Positions 50,905 through 60,370 of a DNA stretch of 64,000 nucleotides are shown here, one piece after another. The stretch spans positions 30,487 to 94,486 of the forward strand of contig DATIII010000008.1 in assembly GCA_035479795.1 (NCBI GenBank), given 5' to 3'. How positions within the stretch are numbered: position 1 is the first letter of the stretch; every line of letters begins with the position of its first letter. The notes under the pieces are model-generated. The model did not search any database, was not told the DNA's origin, and saw only the letters and a program-made list of their open reading frames with translations. A program made the translations under genes and the position numbers. Source of the stretch: Candidatus Saccharimonadales bacterium (GTDB lineage: Bacteria; Patescibacteriota; Saccharimonadia; UBA4664; SCTI01).

Positions 50905-53388
50905 CTAGTCTTTGACCGGAGCCAACGCCTTGAGACTCAGCTGGCCGTCCTTGGCCGTCACCGAAATGGTATCGCCCTCCTTGAAATCACCCTTTAGCAG
51001 GCCAACTGCCAGCGGATCTTCAATCATATCCTGAATCGCCCGGCGCATCGGCCGAGCGCCTTGATCCACATTGTAGCCTTTCTCGATCAAGGCGTCCTTG
51101 GCTGAAGCGGCTACCCGCAAGGTCAGGTTTTGTTCCTTAATCCGATCGGCCAGCGCCCGCAACTGCAATTCCAGAATCTGACGGATGTGAGTCTTGCTCA
51201 GCGGCTTAAACACAACCACATCATCTACGCGATTGAGAAATTCTGGCCGAAAGCTCTTTTTGAGTGCATCCATCACCTGCTCCTTGACTCGCTCATGATG
51301 CTGCTCAAGCTCGCGCTCCTCGGCCTTGGTTTCCGCCTGAAAGCCTAGCTGCGCCTCCTTATACATCGTCTCTGCCCCAACGTTAGAGGTCATAATAATG
51401 ATGGCGTTACGGAAGTCCACTCGCCGACCCTTGGCGTCGGTGACATGCCCGTCCTCCAAGATCTGCAGTAGCATGTTGAAAACATCCGGATGGGCCTTTT
51501 CTATCTCATCAAACAGGATCAGGCTGTAAGGTTTGCGCCGCACCATTTCGGTTAACTGGCCACCCTCTTCGTAGCCAATGTAGCCGGCCGGAGCACCGAC
51601 CAAGCGCGCCACGTTATGCTTCTCCATAAACTCACTCATGTCGATCTTAATCAAGGCGTCGCGACTATCAAACATCTCCTCACTCAAAACTCGAGCCAGC
51701 TCGGTCTTACCCACACCGGTCGGCCCGAGAAAGATAAACGAGCCGATTGGCCGCCGGGTATCAGACACACCGGTGCGACTCCGGCGGATGGCCCGGGCAA
51801 TCGAACTAACCGCCTCGTTCTGAGCAATAATCCGTGCATCCAAACGCTGATCCAATTCGCTAAGCGACTTCATTTCGGTATCAATCAGGCGAGTGGCTGG
51901 GATACCAGTCATGACACTGATTACCTGGGCAATGTCTTCAGCCGTGATCCGTAAGGCGTCCTCACTGAGACCCTCTTTGACCCTGGCAGCCGTAATCCTT
52001 TGCTCGAGCACGCTAGCTTTGGTCTTCAGCCGCGCAGCCGCTTCAAAGTCTTGCTCGTTAACAGCGTCTTCGATCTGAGTATTAATGTCTGTCAGCTGTT
52101 TTTGCATGGTTCGTAGGGGCTTTGAGGTGGCACCCCGCTTAATACGCACCAATGAAGCCGCCTCGTCTACAAGATCGATGGCCTTATCCGGCAGAAAGCG
52201 ATCAGCCACATAGCGATGGGCCAGTTTGGCCGCGTGGGCAATCGCCTCTTCGGTGATCTCTACCCGATGGTGCTCTTCGTAGCGAGCCCGGAGACCGTGT
52301 AACACCTCCACCGTCTCTTCCACGGTGGCTTCGGGAACCTGTACCGGCTGGAAGCGGCGTTCTAGAGCCGAATCTTTTTCAATATATTTGCGATATTCTT
52401 CCAGAGTGGTGGCGCCAATCACTTGGATCTCACCCCGGCTTAAGGCCGGCTTTAAGATATTGGCAGCGTCTATAGCCCCCTCGGCCGCACCAGCCCCCAC
52501 CACCGTATGCAGCTCGTCGATAAATAAAATGACATCCTTATTAGCCTTGGCCTCTTCCAGCAGTTTCTTTAATCGCTCCTCGAACTCACCACGGTATTTG
52601 GTGCCCGCAATCACACTGGCCAAATCCAGCATTAGAATACGTTTTTGCTGGAGCATCTCTGGCACCTCGTCGGCCACTACCCGCTGGGCCAGGCCTTCGA
52701 CAATGGCCGTCTTGCCCACTCCTGGCTCTCCGATAAGAACTGGATTATTCTTCGAACGGCGATTGAGAATGGTAATGACTCGACCAATCTGGTCTTCGCG
52801 CCCGACCACCGGATCGAGCTCACCATCGGCCGCCTTGGTCGTCAGATCAATAGCAAAGCTATCCAAGGCTGGCGTTTTTGATTTTGACTTCTTACCAGAA
52901 CCCGTGGCGGTGCGAACTTCATCGGCCGGAAAGAATTGCTGATTAGACAAAAAGCCCTCTAGCTCCGAGCGCACAGCCGCCGGATCCACCTGCATTTCTT
53001 TAAGCAAGGCATTGGCCCTGGCGTTCTTTTGACTCAAAATTGCAAAAAGAATGTGCTCCGTACCCGAATATGGCTGCCCAAATTCGCGGGCAATCCGCCA
53101 AGAAAGCGTCAGGGTGGTCTTGGCCGTCTCGCTTAAGCCCTTGTGCTGAGAATGGGCCAAAACTTTTTGGGAGAAGCTGAGCACCATGTGAGCCTTATCC
53201 AGAGTCACACCGGCATTCTTTAAAATCTTGGCTCCAATGGAGCCTTCCTGCTGCAGCACACCGAGCAGGATGTGTTCCGTCCCAATATAACTGGAGGACA
53301 TCGCCTGAGCTACTTGGTCGGCATTCTCTAGGCTACGCTTGGCGTTTTCAGTAAACCGGTCAAATTCTGGTCCAAATTCGAGACTCAT
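50905..53388 (-). CDS. clpC: ATP-dependent Clp protease ATP-binding subunit ClpC
   Basis: Double Clp_N repeat, two AAA+ modules (GEPGVGKTA and GPTGVGKTE), and a ClpP-docking loop. Confidence 0.93.
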   Translation of the reverse strand: MSLEFGPEFDRFTENAKRSLENADQVAQAMSSSYIGTEHILLGVLQQEGSIGAKILKNAGVTLDKAHMVLSFSQKVLAHSQHKGLSETAKTTLTLSWRIAREFGQPYSGTEHILFAILSQKNARANALLKEMQVDPAAVRSELEGFLSNQQFFPADEVRTATGSGKKSKSKTPALDSFAIDLTTKAADGELDPVVGREDQIGRVITILNRRSKNNPVLIGEPGVGKTAIVEGLAQRVVADEVPEMLQQKRILMLDLASVIAGTKYRGEFEERLKKLLEEAKANKDVILFIDELHTVVGAGAAEGAIDAANILKPALSRGEIQVIGATTLEEYRKYIEKDSALERRFQPVQVPEATVEETVEVLHGLRARYEEHHRVEITEEAIAHAAKLAHRYVADRFLPDKAIDLVDEAASLVRIKRGATSKPLRTMQKQLTDINTQIEDAVNEQDFEAAARLKTKASVLEQRITAARVKEGLSEDALRITAEDIAQVISVMTGIPATRLIDTEMKSLSELDQRLDARIIAQNEAVSSIARAIRRSRTGVSDTRRPIGSFIFLGPTGVGKTELARVLSEEMFDSRDALIKIDMSEFMEKHNVARLVGAPAGYIGYEEGGQLTEMVRRKPYSLILFDEIEKAHPDVFNMLLQILEDGHVTDAKGRRVDFRNAIIIMTSNVGAETMYKEAQLGFQAETKAEERELEQHHERVKEQVMDALKKSFRPEFLNRVDDVVVFKPLSKTHIRQILELQLRALADRIKEQNLTLRVAASAKDALIEKGYNVDQGARPMRRAIQDMIEDPLAVGLLKGDFKEGDTISVTAKDGQLSLKALAPVKD

Positions 53389-53442
53389 ATGCTCCTTTCC
53401 CCTCTGCTTGCAGGTGCATTTTTGGTTTGCATTAATCCCATA

Positions 53443-53469
53443 TTAGCACTCTAGACATGAGAGTGCTAG
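53443..53469. promoter_or_regulatory. CIRCE element (HrcA operator) ~55 nt upstream of clpC
   Basis: TTAGCACTC-tagacatga-GAGTGCTAg against the consensus TTAGCACTC-N9-GAGTGCTAA: a 9-bp perfect inverted repeat with exactly 9 nt spacing. Confidence 0.75.
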
Positions 53470-53550
53470 TGGGATTTTGATTGATAATTACGCAAAGGGC
53501 ACGTGCTGTGACGTACCCTTATTGTACCATTTTGAATGTGGATTTATAGA

Positions 53551-54822
53551 TTAAGAAGCCGGAGTTTCGTCGGTCTTGGCTTCATCACTTTCGATCGACT
53601 CGACTACTTCAGGAGCGTCAGAAACTTTAGGCTCAGCGGCAGCTTCCGCTGTTTCCTCGGCCTGTTCGTTAACAGCATCAATTAACGAGCCCTCTAGGTC
53701 TACCCGGCCCTTCTTTGGTGCGGGCTCCTCAGCGGCCTCGGCCGTAGCTTCCACCTTAGCCTCATCAGCACTAACAATATCGATATTCCAACCAGTCAGC
53801 TTGGCCGCCAAGCGCACATTCTGCCCTTGTTTACCAATCGCTAGGCTCAGCTGATCTTCTGGAACCTTTACCACGGCCTTGTGCTCGGCCTCATCCAGCT
53901 CAACGCTAATCACCTTGGTCGGACTTAGGGCATTGATGATGTAGGTCTCGGCATCCTCGCTGTAGAGGATGATATCGATCTTTTCCTCACCTAGCTCGCC
54001 CATAACGGCCTGTACGCGAGCGCCACGGCCACCGACAAAGGTGCCGACTGGGTCAACACTATCTGAATTCGACTTTACAGCCACTTTAGACCGAGTACCG
54101 GCCTCGCGTGAAACACCTTTAATCTCAACCACGCCGGTCTCGATCTCTGGTACTTCCAGCTCAAACAGCCGCTCGACCATCTTGGGGTGAGCCCGGCTAA
54201 TCACAACCTGAGGCCCGCGAGCGGTTTGTTCAACCCGAACCAAGTAAACCTTCAGTCGCTGTCCGGGATAGTAGCGCTCACCGGGGATCTGCTCCGATGC
54301 AAACAGCACACCGTTGGTCTTGCCAATGTCCACGTAGGTAATATTGCCATCCACGCGTTGGACATTGCCATTAAGCAGGGTGTCCGCCTTGTCGGTGTAC
54401 TCATTAAAGATAATCTCGCGCTCAGCTTCACGCAGTCGCTGAATAATCACCTGTTTCGCGGTTTGGGCAGCGACTCGTCCAAAGCCTTCGCCTGGGTCAA
54501 CTTCCATCTCCACCTTATACGGCTCATCTTCGCTCTCCGGATCGACCTCGATAACCTTGGCGTCCTTATCCAGCTTCCTGGCATCAGCCAGCAGAATCTG
54601 AGTATTTTCGTTTTCGACCTCGTTAACCACTTCCTTGGACACAAAGACCTTCATATCGCCCGTGTCTTCATTGAGCTTTACGCGAACATCTTGATCCTTA
54701 TCGCCATAGTCCTTTTTATAGGCGGCAGCCAGAGCAGCCTCAACCGTATCGAGGATGGTTTCTCGGGGCAGGCCCTTTTCGTCAGCGATCTGATTAATGG
54801 CGGTTAAAAATTGTGCATTCAT
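53551..54822 (-). CDS. nusA: Transcription termination/antitermination factor NusA
   Basis: N-terminal domain, S1 and two KH domains, and an acidic C-terminal tail. The preferred start is ATG 54822 (MNAQFLTAINQIADEKG…), with an AGGAAG RBS. Confidence 0.93.
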   Translation of the reverse strand: MNAQFLTAINQIADEKGLPRETILDTVEAALAAAYKKDYGDKDQDVRVKLNEDTGDMKVFVSKEVVNEVENENTQILLADARKLDKDAKVIEVDPESEDEPYKVEMEVDPGEGFGRVAAQTAKQVIIQRLREAEREIIFNEYTDKADTLLNGNVQRVDGNITYVDIGKTNGVLFASEQIPGERYYPGQRLKVYLVRVEQTARGPQVVISRAHPKMVERLFELEVPEIETGVVEIKGVSREAGTRSKVAVKSNSDSVDPVGTFVGGRGARVQAVMGELGEEKIDIILYSEDAETYIINALSPTKVISVELDEAEHKAVVKVPEDQLSLAIGKQGQNVRLAAKLTGWNIDIVSADEAKVEATAEAAEEPAPKKGRVDLEGSLIDAVNEQAEETAEAAAEPKVSDAPEVVESIESDEAKTDETPAS

Positions 54823-54855
54823 ATGTTTCTTCCTATTCAATTGTTATTTAACTGT

Positions 54856-54882
54856 AAAGAAAAGCCGGCATTCAACCGGCTT
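54856..54882 (-). terminator. Hairpin terminator after ORF 54973..55383 (upstream of nusA)
   Basis: AAGCCGG-cattcaa-CCGGCTT. The minus strand reads the hairpin followed by TTTTCTTT. Confidence 0.5.
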
Positions 54883-54972
54883 CCGTATGGAGTAATATTA
54901 GCAAAAATAACCTGGAAAAGCAAACGCCCCGCCGGTAGCAGAGCGAGGCGCTTGCTGGTGGGCGGGGCGGAT

Positions 54973-55383
54973 TTACCGCATCGGTCGACGGTAGTTGTAG
55001 ACCGGTGGGTTCTGTGGGTCCTGAGGTTCCGGGAAGAATTTGCGCTGACGGGAGGACCGCAGCTGATCTTCGCCTTCGGTCAAGACCGGCCAGTCGAAGT
55101 TGATCTTCGGCTCGGCTCGGGACGGAGCCCGACGAGTCTTGATCTGTCGCCGACGGTAGTTGCTGCACTGACGCACATAGTCGCAAACCAGGTAGATGGC
55201 CAGTAGCCCGAGCAGCAACGCTCCTCCGAAGAAGAGGCCAAAATCGCTGTCGGCGGACTTGAGCCCAGCCTGGTCGGCGTAGGGATTGTCCGGGTACTTC
55301 ACAGCTGCGGCCAGGGCGATGGAAACACCAGCGACCAGCGTGCAAATTGCAGCCAGGTACAACGCCAGCTTACTCGGCATCAT
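54973..55383 (-). CDS. Hypothetical membrane protein (136 aa, 2 TM, Arg/Pro-rich C-terminus)
   Basis: Has its own strong promoter (55442-55470) and a GAGGAG RBS. Confidence 0.55.
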   Translation of the reverse strand: MMPSKLALYLAAICTLVAGVSIALAAAVKYPDNPYADQAGLKSADSDFGLFFGGALLLGLLAIYLVCDYVRQCSNYRRRQIKTRRAPSRAEPKINFDWPVLTEGEDQLRSSRQRKFFPEPQDPQNPPVYNYRRPMR

Positions 55384-55441
55384 TCTCCTCAGGGGGTGAG
55401 TTGTGGGGGACGGCTCAATTCACTAATCGAGCTTGGCGACA

Positions 55442-55470
55442 ATAATAGCACTTATGGTTAGGTTTGTCAA
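55442..55470 (-). promoter_or_regulatory. Sigma70-like promoter for ORF 54973..55383
   Basis: Minus strand TTGACA (55470-55465), a 17-nt spacer, then TATTAT (55447-55442). Confidence 0.55.
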
Positions 55471-55488
55471 TGCTTCGTAACCGGTAAA

Positions 55489-57297
55489 TCAGGTTATTTT
55501 ACCTAGTTTTTTGGCTAGTTTTTCCGTGTCATTAAGCAGTCTTTCTATCTCTTTTAAACCCTGCACCCAGAACTGCTTATCTGATATGTCGATTCCCAGA
55601 TCGGCAAAAGCTGCCTTAGGTGATTTTGAGGTGCCGACAGATAGGAACTCTTTAACTTTGGCTACAAATCGCTTATCCTGGCGCACCTTGGCCTGCATTG
55701 ATTTAGAGATTAGCAAGCCGCTGGCATAGGAGTAGACATAGAAAAAGCTGCGGAAGTGCGGAACAAATAGCCACCAGTTCCCCGAGCCCTCAGATTGTTC
55801 CACTGCCGGACCCATGTAGGCCTCCATTTCGGCTTTGAACAGGTGGCCGATATCATCTTTGGACAGATAGCCCTTATCTCGGAAGTCGGCATGTAGTCGC
55901 TGCTCAAACCGGTAGAACGAGATCTGGCGATAAATAGTGGAAACCATGTCGTTAAGCTGGCTCATTTGCAAAGCCAACCTTTCTTCATCACTGGCTTCCC
56001 CCAACAGGCGCTCCAGCACAAAATCCTCCATAAACGTGCTGGCCACTTCGGCCGTCACCATGGGAATACCGCAGTTGATGGCATTCTGCTTGGCCTTCAT
56101 TAGTTCATTGTTAATGCCGTGGCCGAGCTCATGCGCCAGCGTCGCAACATCTCGGAGTTTATTGGTGTGATTCAGCAAAATATAGGTGGGAATGGCCAAG
56201 CTCCATTGCCCAGCACAGAAGGCCCCACCCCGCTTACCCTTGTAAGGGAATGCATCAATCTGGCCGTTCTTCAGGAATCGAGCAAAGATACCCCCGAACT
56301 CCGGATCTAAATCTGTAAACACCCCATGGACGAGCTGACTGGCAGACTCGAAGTCGTACTCCTTTTCCACCGAGCCGTATTCCACATTGCGCTCGTGGTA
56401 CTCGAGCTTTTCCTGACCCATCAGCTTGGCCTTTAGCTCATAGTAGCGGCGGGGAATCTCATTACCATCCGTGATGGCCGCGACTAGAGCGTCGATCACT
56501 TCGCTGTCGACATCGTCACCCACATGGCGCGCCTTATCGGGCCTCTCATACCCTCGAAGCTGATCTTTAATCTTCTTGGTCTCCAAAATTGCATTGAATT
56601 CGTTTTCGGCCACTTCGGCAAATTTGTAGAGAACATCGTTCAAGGCTACAGCTGCTTCATCTCGAACTGGCTTTTGGGTACTGGAAATCAGAGAATGCAG
56701 CTGCTCGAAGTTCTGCACCTCCTTCTTACCGGCCTCGGTTATTACCTCCCGCTCTTCCTTGGCTAAAAAATTGCTGGTCATGGCCACCCATTTGCTAAAC
56801 GACGTGCTATCGAGCAGGGTCAGTATCTTTTCTTCGGGTTCCGTTAGCCGATACTTGGCCGAGGCGAAAGTTCGTTCTAGAGCATGGTGGTAAGGCTCAA
56901 GATCCGGTGAATTAAGAAAATCGGCTTGTTTGTCAGCTGGTATTTTGGCTATGTTAAGCCAGAAAAACTGCAGTTTGGTATTAATCTCTCGCGAAAACTC
57001 GTCTGATTGATTTTCTTTGGCCTTCAGATCAGAACTGATGGCGTCCTGCGAGGTGCGTAGACTGAAGTAATAGAGTTCGGCCACTGGTTCAGGCCGCCGC
57101 TCCAGGGCCTCCAGCTCATCAAGGGCCGCCTTGAGCACCCCCGGTTGCTCTAAATAATCCTTACGCTCGCGCCACTTCCCGGCGAAGTCTTCCGCCAGCT
57201 TGGTAGTAACCTCACGATACTTCTGAATATTAGGATCATCATCGCTTTTTAGCAGCGGCGAAAGTTCCCATTTAGTTTTTGCTGTGTCGAGGCTCAT
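55489..57297 (-). CDS. pepF: Oligoendopeptidase F (M3B family)
   Basis: HELGHGINN zinc-binding HExxH motif; about 600 aa, typical of M3B. Confidence 0.85.
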   Translation of the reverse strand: MSLDTAKTKWELSPLLKSDDDPNIQKYREVTTKLAEDFAGKWRERKDYLEQPGVLKAALDELEALERRPEPVAELYYFSLRTSQDAISSDLKAKENQSDEFSREINTKLQFFWLNIAKIPADKQADFLNSPDLEPYHHALERTFASAKYRLTEPEEKILTLLDSTSFSKWVAMTSNFLAKEEREVITEAGKKEVQNFEQLHSLISSTQKPVRDEAAVALNDVLYKFAEVAENEFNAILETKKIKDQLRGYERPDKARHVGDDVDSEVIDALVAAITDGNEIPRRYYELKAKLMGQEKLEYHERNVEYGSVEKEYDFESASQLVHGVFTDLDPEFGGIFARFLKNGQIDAFPYKGKRGGAFCAGQWSLAIPTYILLNHTNKLRDVATLAHELGHGINNELMKAKQNAINCGIPMVTAEVASTFMEDFVLERLLGEASDEERLALQMSQLNDMVSTIYRQISFYRFEQRLHADFRDKGYLSKDDIGHLFKAEMEAYMGPAVEQSEGSGNWWLFVPHFRSFFYVYSYASGLLISKSMQAKVRQDKRFVAKVKEFLSVGTSKSPKAAFADLGIDISDKQFWVQGLKEIERLLNDTEKLAKKLGKIT

Positions 57298-57314
57298 GAA
57301 GGTGATTATAGCAT

Positions 57315-57659
57315 CTAGCCAGACACGGCGTTGGGCAAATATTCTAAATTTTCTGGCTTGGCAGAGCCTGAAACGGCAATAACATCGATCTGATAATCCT
57401 CCGCCTTATCGCTCATCCACATCATCGCCGCTCGCCGCAGTCGCTGCTGCTTATCCGCGGTGATGTAGTCAAAACCGCTCCCATGGGTAGCGGTTTTGCG
57501 GTATTTAACTTCGATAAAGTGGGTTACGCCCGATCTGATAGCCACAATATCAATCTCGGCCCAGCGATTACGCCAGTTTCGCTGGATAATCTTAAACCCA
57601 GCCTCTTCCAGATACTGTGCCGCCACCTCCTCCGCTCGCTGGCCTATTTCAGTCGACAA
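57315..57659 (-). CDS. yraN: YraN-family (UPF0102) PD-(D/E)xK-like endonuclease
   Basis: …AEIDIVAIRSGVTHFIEVKYR… is the YraN core. Overlaps rnhB by 11 nt. Confidence 0.8.
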   Translation of the reverse strand: MSTEIGQRAEEVAAQYLEEAGFKIIQRNWRNRWAEIDIVAIRSGVTHFIEVKYRKTATHGSGFDYITADKQQRLRRAAMMWMSDKAEDYQIDVIAVSGSAKPENLEYLPNAVSG

Positions 57660-58290
57660 TCTGGATCCTCAATCCCGCATCCTGAAACCCAGCCAAAGGC
57701 CTCCACCTGCGGCGGTGCTGTGGACTGAGCCCCAACAGATTTAAAGCGGCCCAGTGTGCCGGCGCACCATAGCCTTTGTGGCTGTCAAAGCCAAACTCTG
57801 GGTACATCAGAGCTAACCGCTGCATGTAATTATCCCTGGCCACCTTGGCAATAACAGAGGCGGCTGCCACACATAAGCTGCTTTGATCAGCCTTAATAAT
57901 CGACCTCGATCTGGCAAACTCCTTCAGATAGTTGTGATTGCCATCGAGCAGCACAGCGTCATAGGGCGATCTTAAGTCAGCCAACGCCCGCTGCCCGGCC
58001 CGCAGGACTGCTTCGGTCAAACCGTACTGGTCTACTTCAATTGGACTGGCCCAGCCGAGGCCAATAGCTACCGCCTGCTGTTTGATTAGCATGGAGGCCG
58101 ACTCTCGGGATAAACCGTCTAGCATCTTGGAATCTCGTACAGCACCTAGCCGACATCTTTCGGGCAATATCACCGCCGCGGCCGTCACCGGCCCAGCATA
58201 CGCGCCTCGACCAACCTCATCAATCCCGGCCACCAGGCGATGTCCCTGCTCCCACCATACTCTCTCCGCCTTGCGACTCGGCCTCTTCAT
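57649..58290 (-). CDS. rnhB: Ribonuclease HII
   Basis: GIDEVGRGAYAGPVTAAAVIL catalytic motif. Confidence 0.9.
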   Translation of the reverse strand: MKRPSRKAERVWWEQGHRLVAGIDEVGRGAYAGPVTAAAVILPERCRLGAVRDSKMLDGLSRESASMLIKQQAVAIGLGWASPIEVDQYGLTEAVLRAGQRALADLRSPYDAVLLDGNHNYLKEFARSRSIIKADQSSLCVAAASVIAKVARDNYMQRLALMYPEFGFDSHKGYGAPAHWAALNLLGLSPQHRRRWRPLAGFQDAGLRIQIVD

Positions 58291-58305
58291 AGGGTTTAGA
58301 ATATC

Positions 58306-58334
58306 AAAAAAGCTCCGGCTGGGGAGCTTTTTTT
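58306..58334. terminator. Bidirectional-looking hairpin between rplS and rnhB
   Basis: AAAAA-AGCTCC-ggctgg-GGAGCT-TTTTTT. It is followed by TTAGGGTTTAGGATTGG, related to the AGGATT motif family. Confidence 0.6.
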
Positions 58335-58347
58335 AAAAACTTAGGGT

Positions 58348-59043
58348 TTAGGATTGGTCGGCTTTTTCGACGCCGGCTTCGGCCTCTTGGTCGGCTAGCT
58401 GTTGCTCATCTGATTCGGCAGCAGGGTCATTCTGGGGCTCATCGGCGGCCGCTTCTTTACTCTCTTCTTTGGCTACTTCCTCGGTTGAAGTTTCGACTGC
58501 TACTTCCTCGGTAGCGCCATCTGTGGCAATCTCAGTCAGATCGGCATCAGAAACTTCATCGGTAGCCAGAGGGTCTTCATTAACCTCAGCCTTAACTTCA
58601 CTCACATTAGCGGCTGCGCGATCAAAGGTAACTTCTTTAAGCCGGGCTGATTTACCACGTCGCTCACGCAGGTAGCTTAAGAAGTTGCGGCGCACCCTGG
58701 CCCGGCGGACAACCTCCACCTTAGCCACGTTTGGTGAGTGGATCAAATAAGTCTTCTCCACTCCAACACCACTGGCAATCCGACGAACCGTAATGGTAGC
58801 CGAAAGCGTACCGAGGCGGCGGGTACGAATCACCACGCCTTCAAAAACCTGAACGCGCTGCTTATTACCTTCGCGAATCAGCTGATGAACCCGTACAGTA
58901 TCGCCAGACTGGATCTGGGCCACGGCCGGTTTGCGATTTTGCTGCTCTAATTTAGTAATTGCCGGATGCATAACTCGATTGAGTATAGCCAATAATTGCA
59001 TATCTGTAAAGTTGGTTGCTAGATGGGGAGAGAACGTCCCCAT
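58348..59043 (-). CDS. rplS: 50S ribosomal protein L19 with ~100-aa acidic C-terminal extension
   Basis: L19 core (…[30 protein letters not shown]…) plus an Asp/Glu/Ala-rich tail. The start may be an internal Met (59001 or 58971). The upstream RT stop TAG abuts ATG 59043. Confidence 0.88.
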   Translation of the reverse strand: MGTFSPHLATNFTDMQLLAILNRVMHPAITKLEQQNRKPAVAQIQSGDTVRVHQLIREGNKQRVQVFEGVVIRTRRLGTLSATITVRRIASGVGVEKTYLIHSPNVAKVEVVRRARVRRNFLSYLRERRGKSARLKEVTFDRAAANVSEVKAEVNEDPLATDEVSDADLTEIATDGATEEVAVETSTEEVAKEESKEAAADEPQNDPAAESDEQQLADQEAEAGVEKADQS

Positions 59044-60135
59044 CTAGCAAGGAATATCGGCACGAGACGCTTTCGCCGCCTTGAGGGACTCTCGATAACG
59101 AGCATAGGCAGCCAAAACTCGCCTTTCAGTGGCATTCAACCGTCGTCCATCACGTTCGGTCGCGCTGTAGAACCAGCCCATCATGCCATGGACCAAATCG
59201 GGCGAAACATCGCCCTTGGTGCTTGCGCGATGGATTAGTCCTTCAATCTTTGACAATGACCGACGAGGCAAATACATCCGAACGCCGCGAGAAGCCTGAC
59301 GTAAACCTATGCCGTTAATGACAATAGGCGCCCGGGCCAGGTCATACAGGTGGGTCTTGCCAGTGTGGGCTTCGAAGCCGGCCTCGCGAATTATACGGTT
59401 GATGTTTGCTCGCTTGCGCTTGCCTATCGGCTGACGGCTAACGAACACCAAGTCGTCCACAAACCGGCCATAGGTCAGACCATTACGATCGGCCCAGGTC
59501 GGTTTGCCCACATCTTCCGGGCGCTTCCAACCGAAGCGATTGGAGTGGTAGAAGCGAAGGTCTAGCAAATGATGAGCATAAAGCCCAAACAAATACGGAG
59601 ACGCTGGCCCGCCTTGCACGAGACCTCCGTCTGGAGTAAAGAAGTAGCGTCGCAGCATGTCTTTTAGCTGAACAGGGTTACCCCAGACGCCAGATACGCC
59701 GTCATTCCGAATGAGGAGCTTTGCCATGCAGCCCAACTCGACTGAACCGAAGGCATTGCGCAGGTCGATGTAATAAACGTAGCGGCCCTTGCCAAGGACG
59801 TAGCGGCTCAGCGGCCGCCGATACCCTGGGCCTCCAGTGCCGCGCAGATCCATGACCTTGGTCATGCGCCGGTGGACTTCGCGCATGGCGTCATTCGGCC
59901 GCCACAACGGGCGGCTAGAAACTGCTTGGTTAAACAAAGTTAGTTGTACTCCGGCGCCTGGCCAGTCCGACTGCCCTGCTAGGGGCTCAAAGGCTGGAAC
60001 TTGCTCCAAGCCACGATCGATAACTTCCGCCAGAGGCAGGAAGTCTCCCCGCGAGCCGTCATCGCGGATTCTTCTTAGGAAGTCATATGGATCACGATCA
60101 ATCCAGTCGAGATCAAAGGAGTTGTCGAGGTGCAT
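59044..60135 (-). CDS. Reverse transcriptase (stand-alone RT domain, 363 aa; retron/defence-RT-like)
   Basis: RT motif 1 RGTGGPGYRRPL, motif 2 YVYYIDLRNAFGSVE, motif 4 VQGGPASPYLFGLYAHHLLD (QGxxxSP), motif 5 YGRFVDDLVFVS (xxDD), and motifs 6/7 GKTHLYD…PIVINGIGL. There is no maturase, endonuclease or other fused domain. Confidence 0.8.
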   Translation of the reverse strand: MHLDNSFDLDWIDRDPYDFLRRIRDDGSRGDFLPLAEVIDRGLEQVPAFEPLAGQSDWPGAGVQLTLFNQAVSSRPLWRPNDAMREVHRRMTKVMDLRGTGGPGYRRPLSRYVLGKGRYVYYIDLRNAFGSVELGCMAKLLIRNDGVSGVWGNPVQLKDMLRRYFFTPDGGLVQGGPASPYLFGLYAHHLLDLRFYHSNRFGWKRPEDVGKPTWADRNGLTYGRFVDDLVFVSRQPIGKRKRANINRIIREAGFEAHTGKTHLYDLARAPIVINGIGLRQASRGVRMYLPRRSLSKIEGLIHRASTKGDVSPDLVHGMMGWFYSATERDGRRLNATERRVLAAYARYRESLKAAKASRADIPC

Positions 60136-60160
60136 GATCTTCTTTCGGTTTGCGGCGATA

Positions 60161-60357
60161 GCCGGAGACCGGCATCCGATCCTACTTTTGAGCCTGAGGT
60201 TAGTTGTGCTACCGCCACTGCTCGCGCGCTTGGCGCTCTGGTGTGCGATCCCTACGTAGAGAACGCTGCTCCGCCGTTTGAACGACGAAGGCCATCATGA
60301 TGATGGCAATTCAAATCGGATGTTAACCCGGCCTCCGGCCGCACTTCCCTAGCTCAC
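60161..60357 (-). ncRNA. Candidate RT-associated structured ncRNA (retron msr/msd-like) closed by long-range inverted repeats
   Basis: On the minus strand GCCGGAGGCCGG (60339-60328) + AUCCGAU (60321-60315) pairs with AUCGGAU (60180-60174) + CCGGUCUCCGGC (60172-60161), 19 of 20 nt complementary. The enclosed ~130 nt contain local hairpins (GCCAUCAU-c-AUGAUGGC; GCGUUCUCU-ACGU-AGGGAUCGC). Confidence 0.5.
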
Positions 60358-60361
60358 CCCG

Positions 60362-60370
60362 ATTTTAGCA
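60362..60370 (-). promoter_or_regulatory. Extended -10 promoter element (TGcTAAAAT) for the RT/ncRNA unit, overlapping the 3' end of dnaE
   Basis: The minus strand reads TGCTAAAAT, with a weak -35 (AGTTAT/TTATTC region). Confidence 0.4.

Noticed and set aside
52325-52942. 205-aa plus-strand ORF
   Set aside because: It lies antisense inside clpC with low-complexity Ser/Ala content. The same reasoning applies to 54187..54807 (antisense nusA), 62496..63389 (antisense dnaE) and 39665..40177 (antisense tig).
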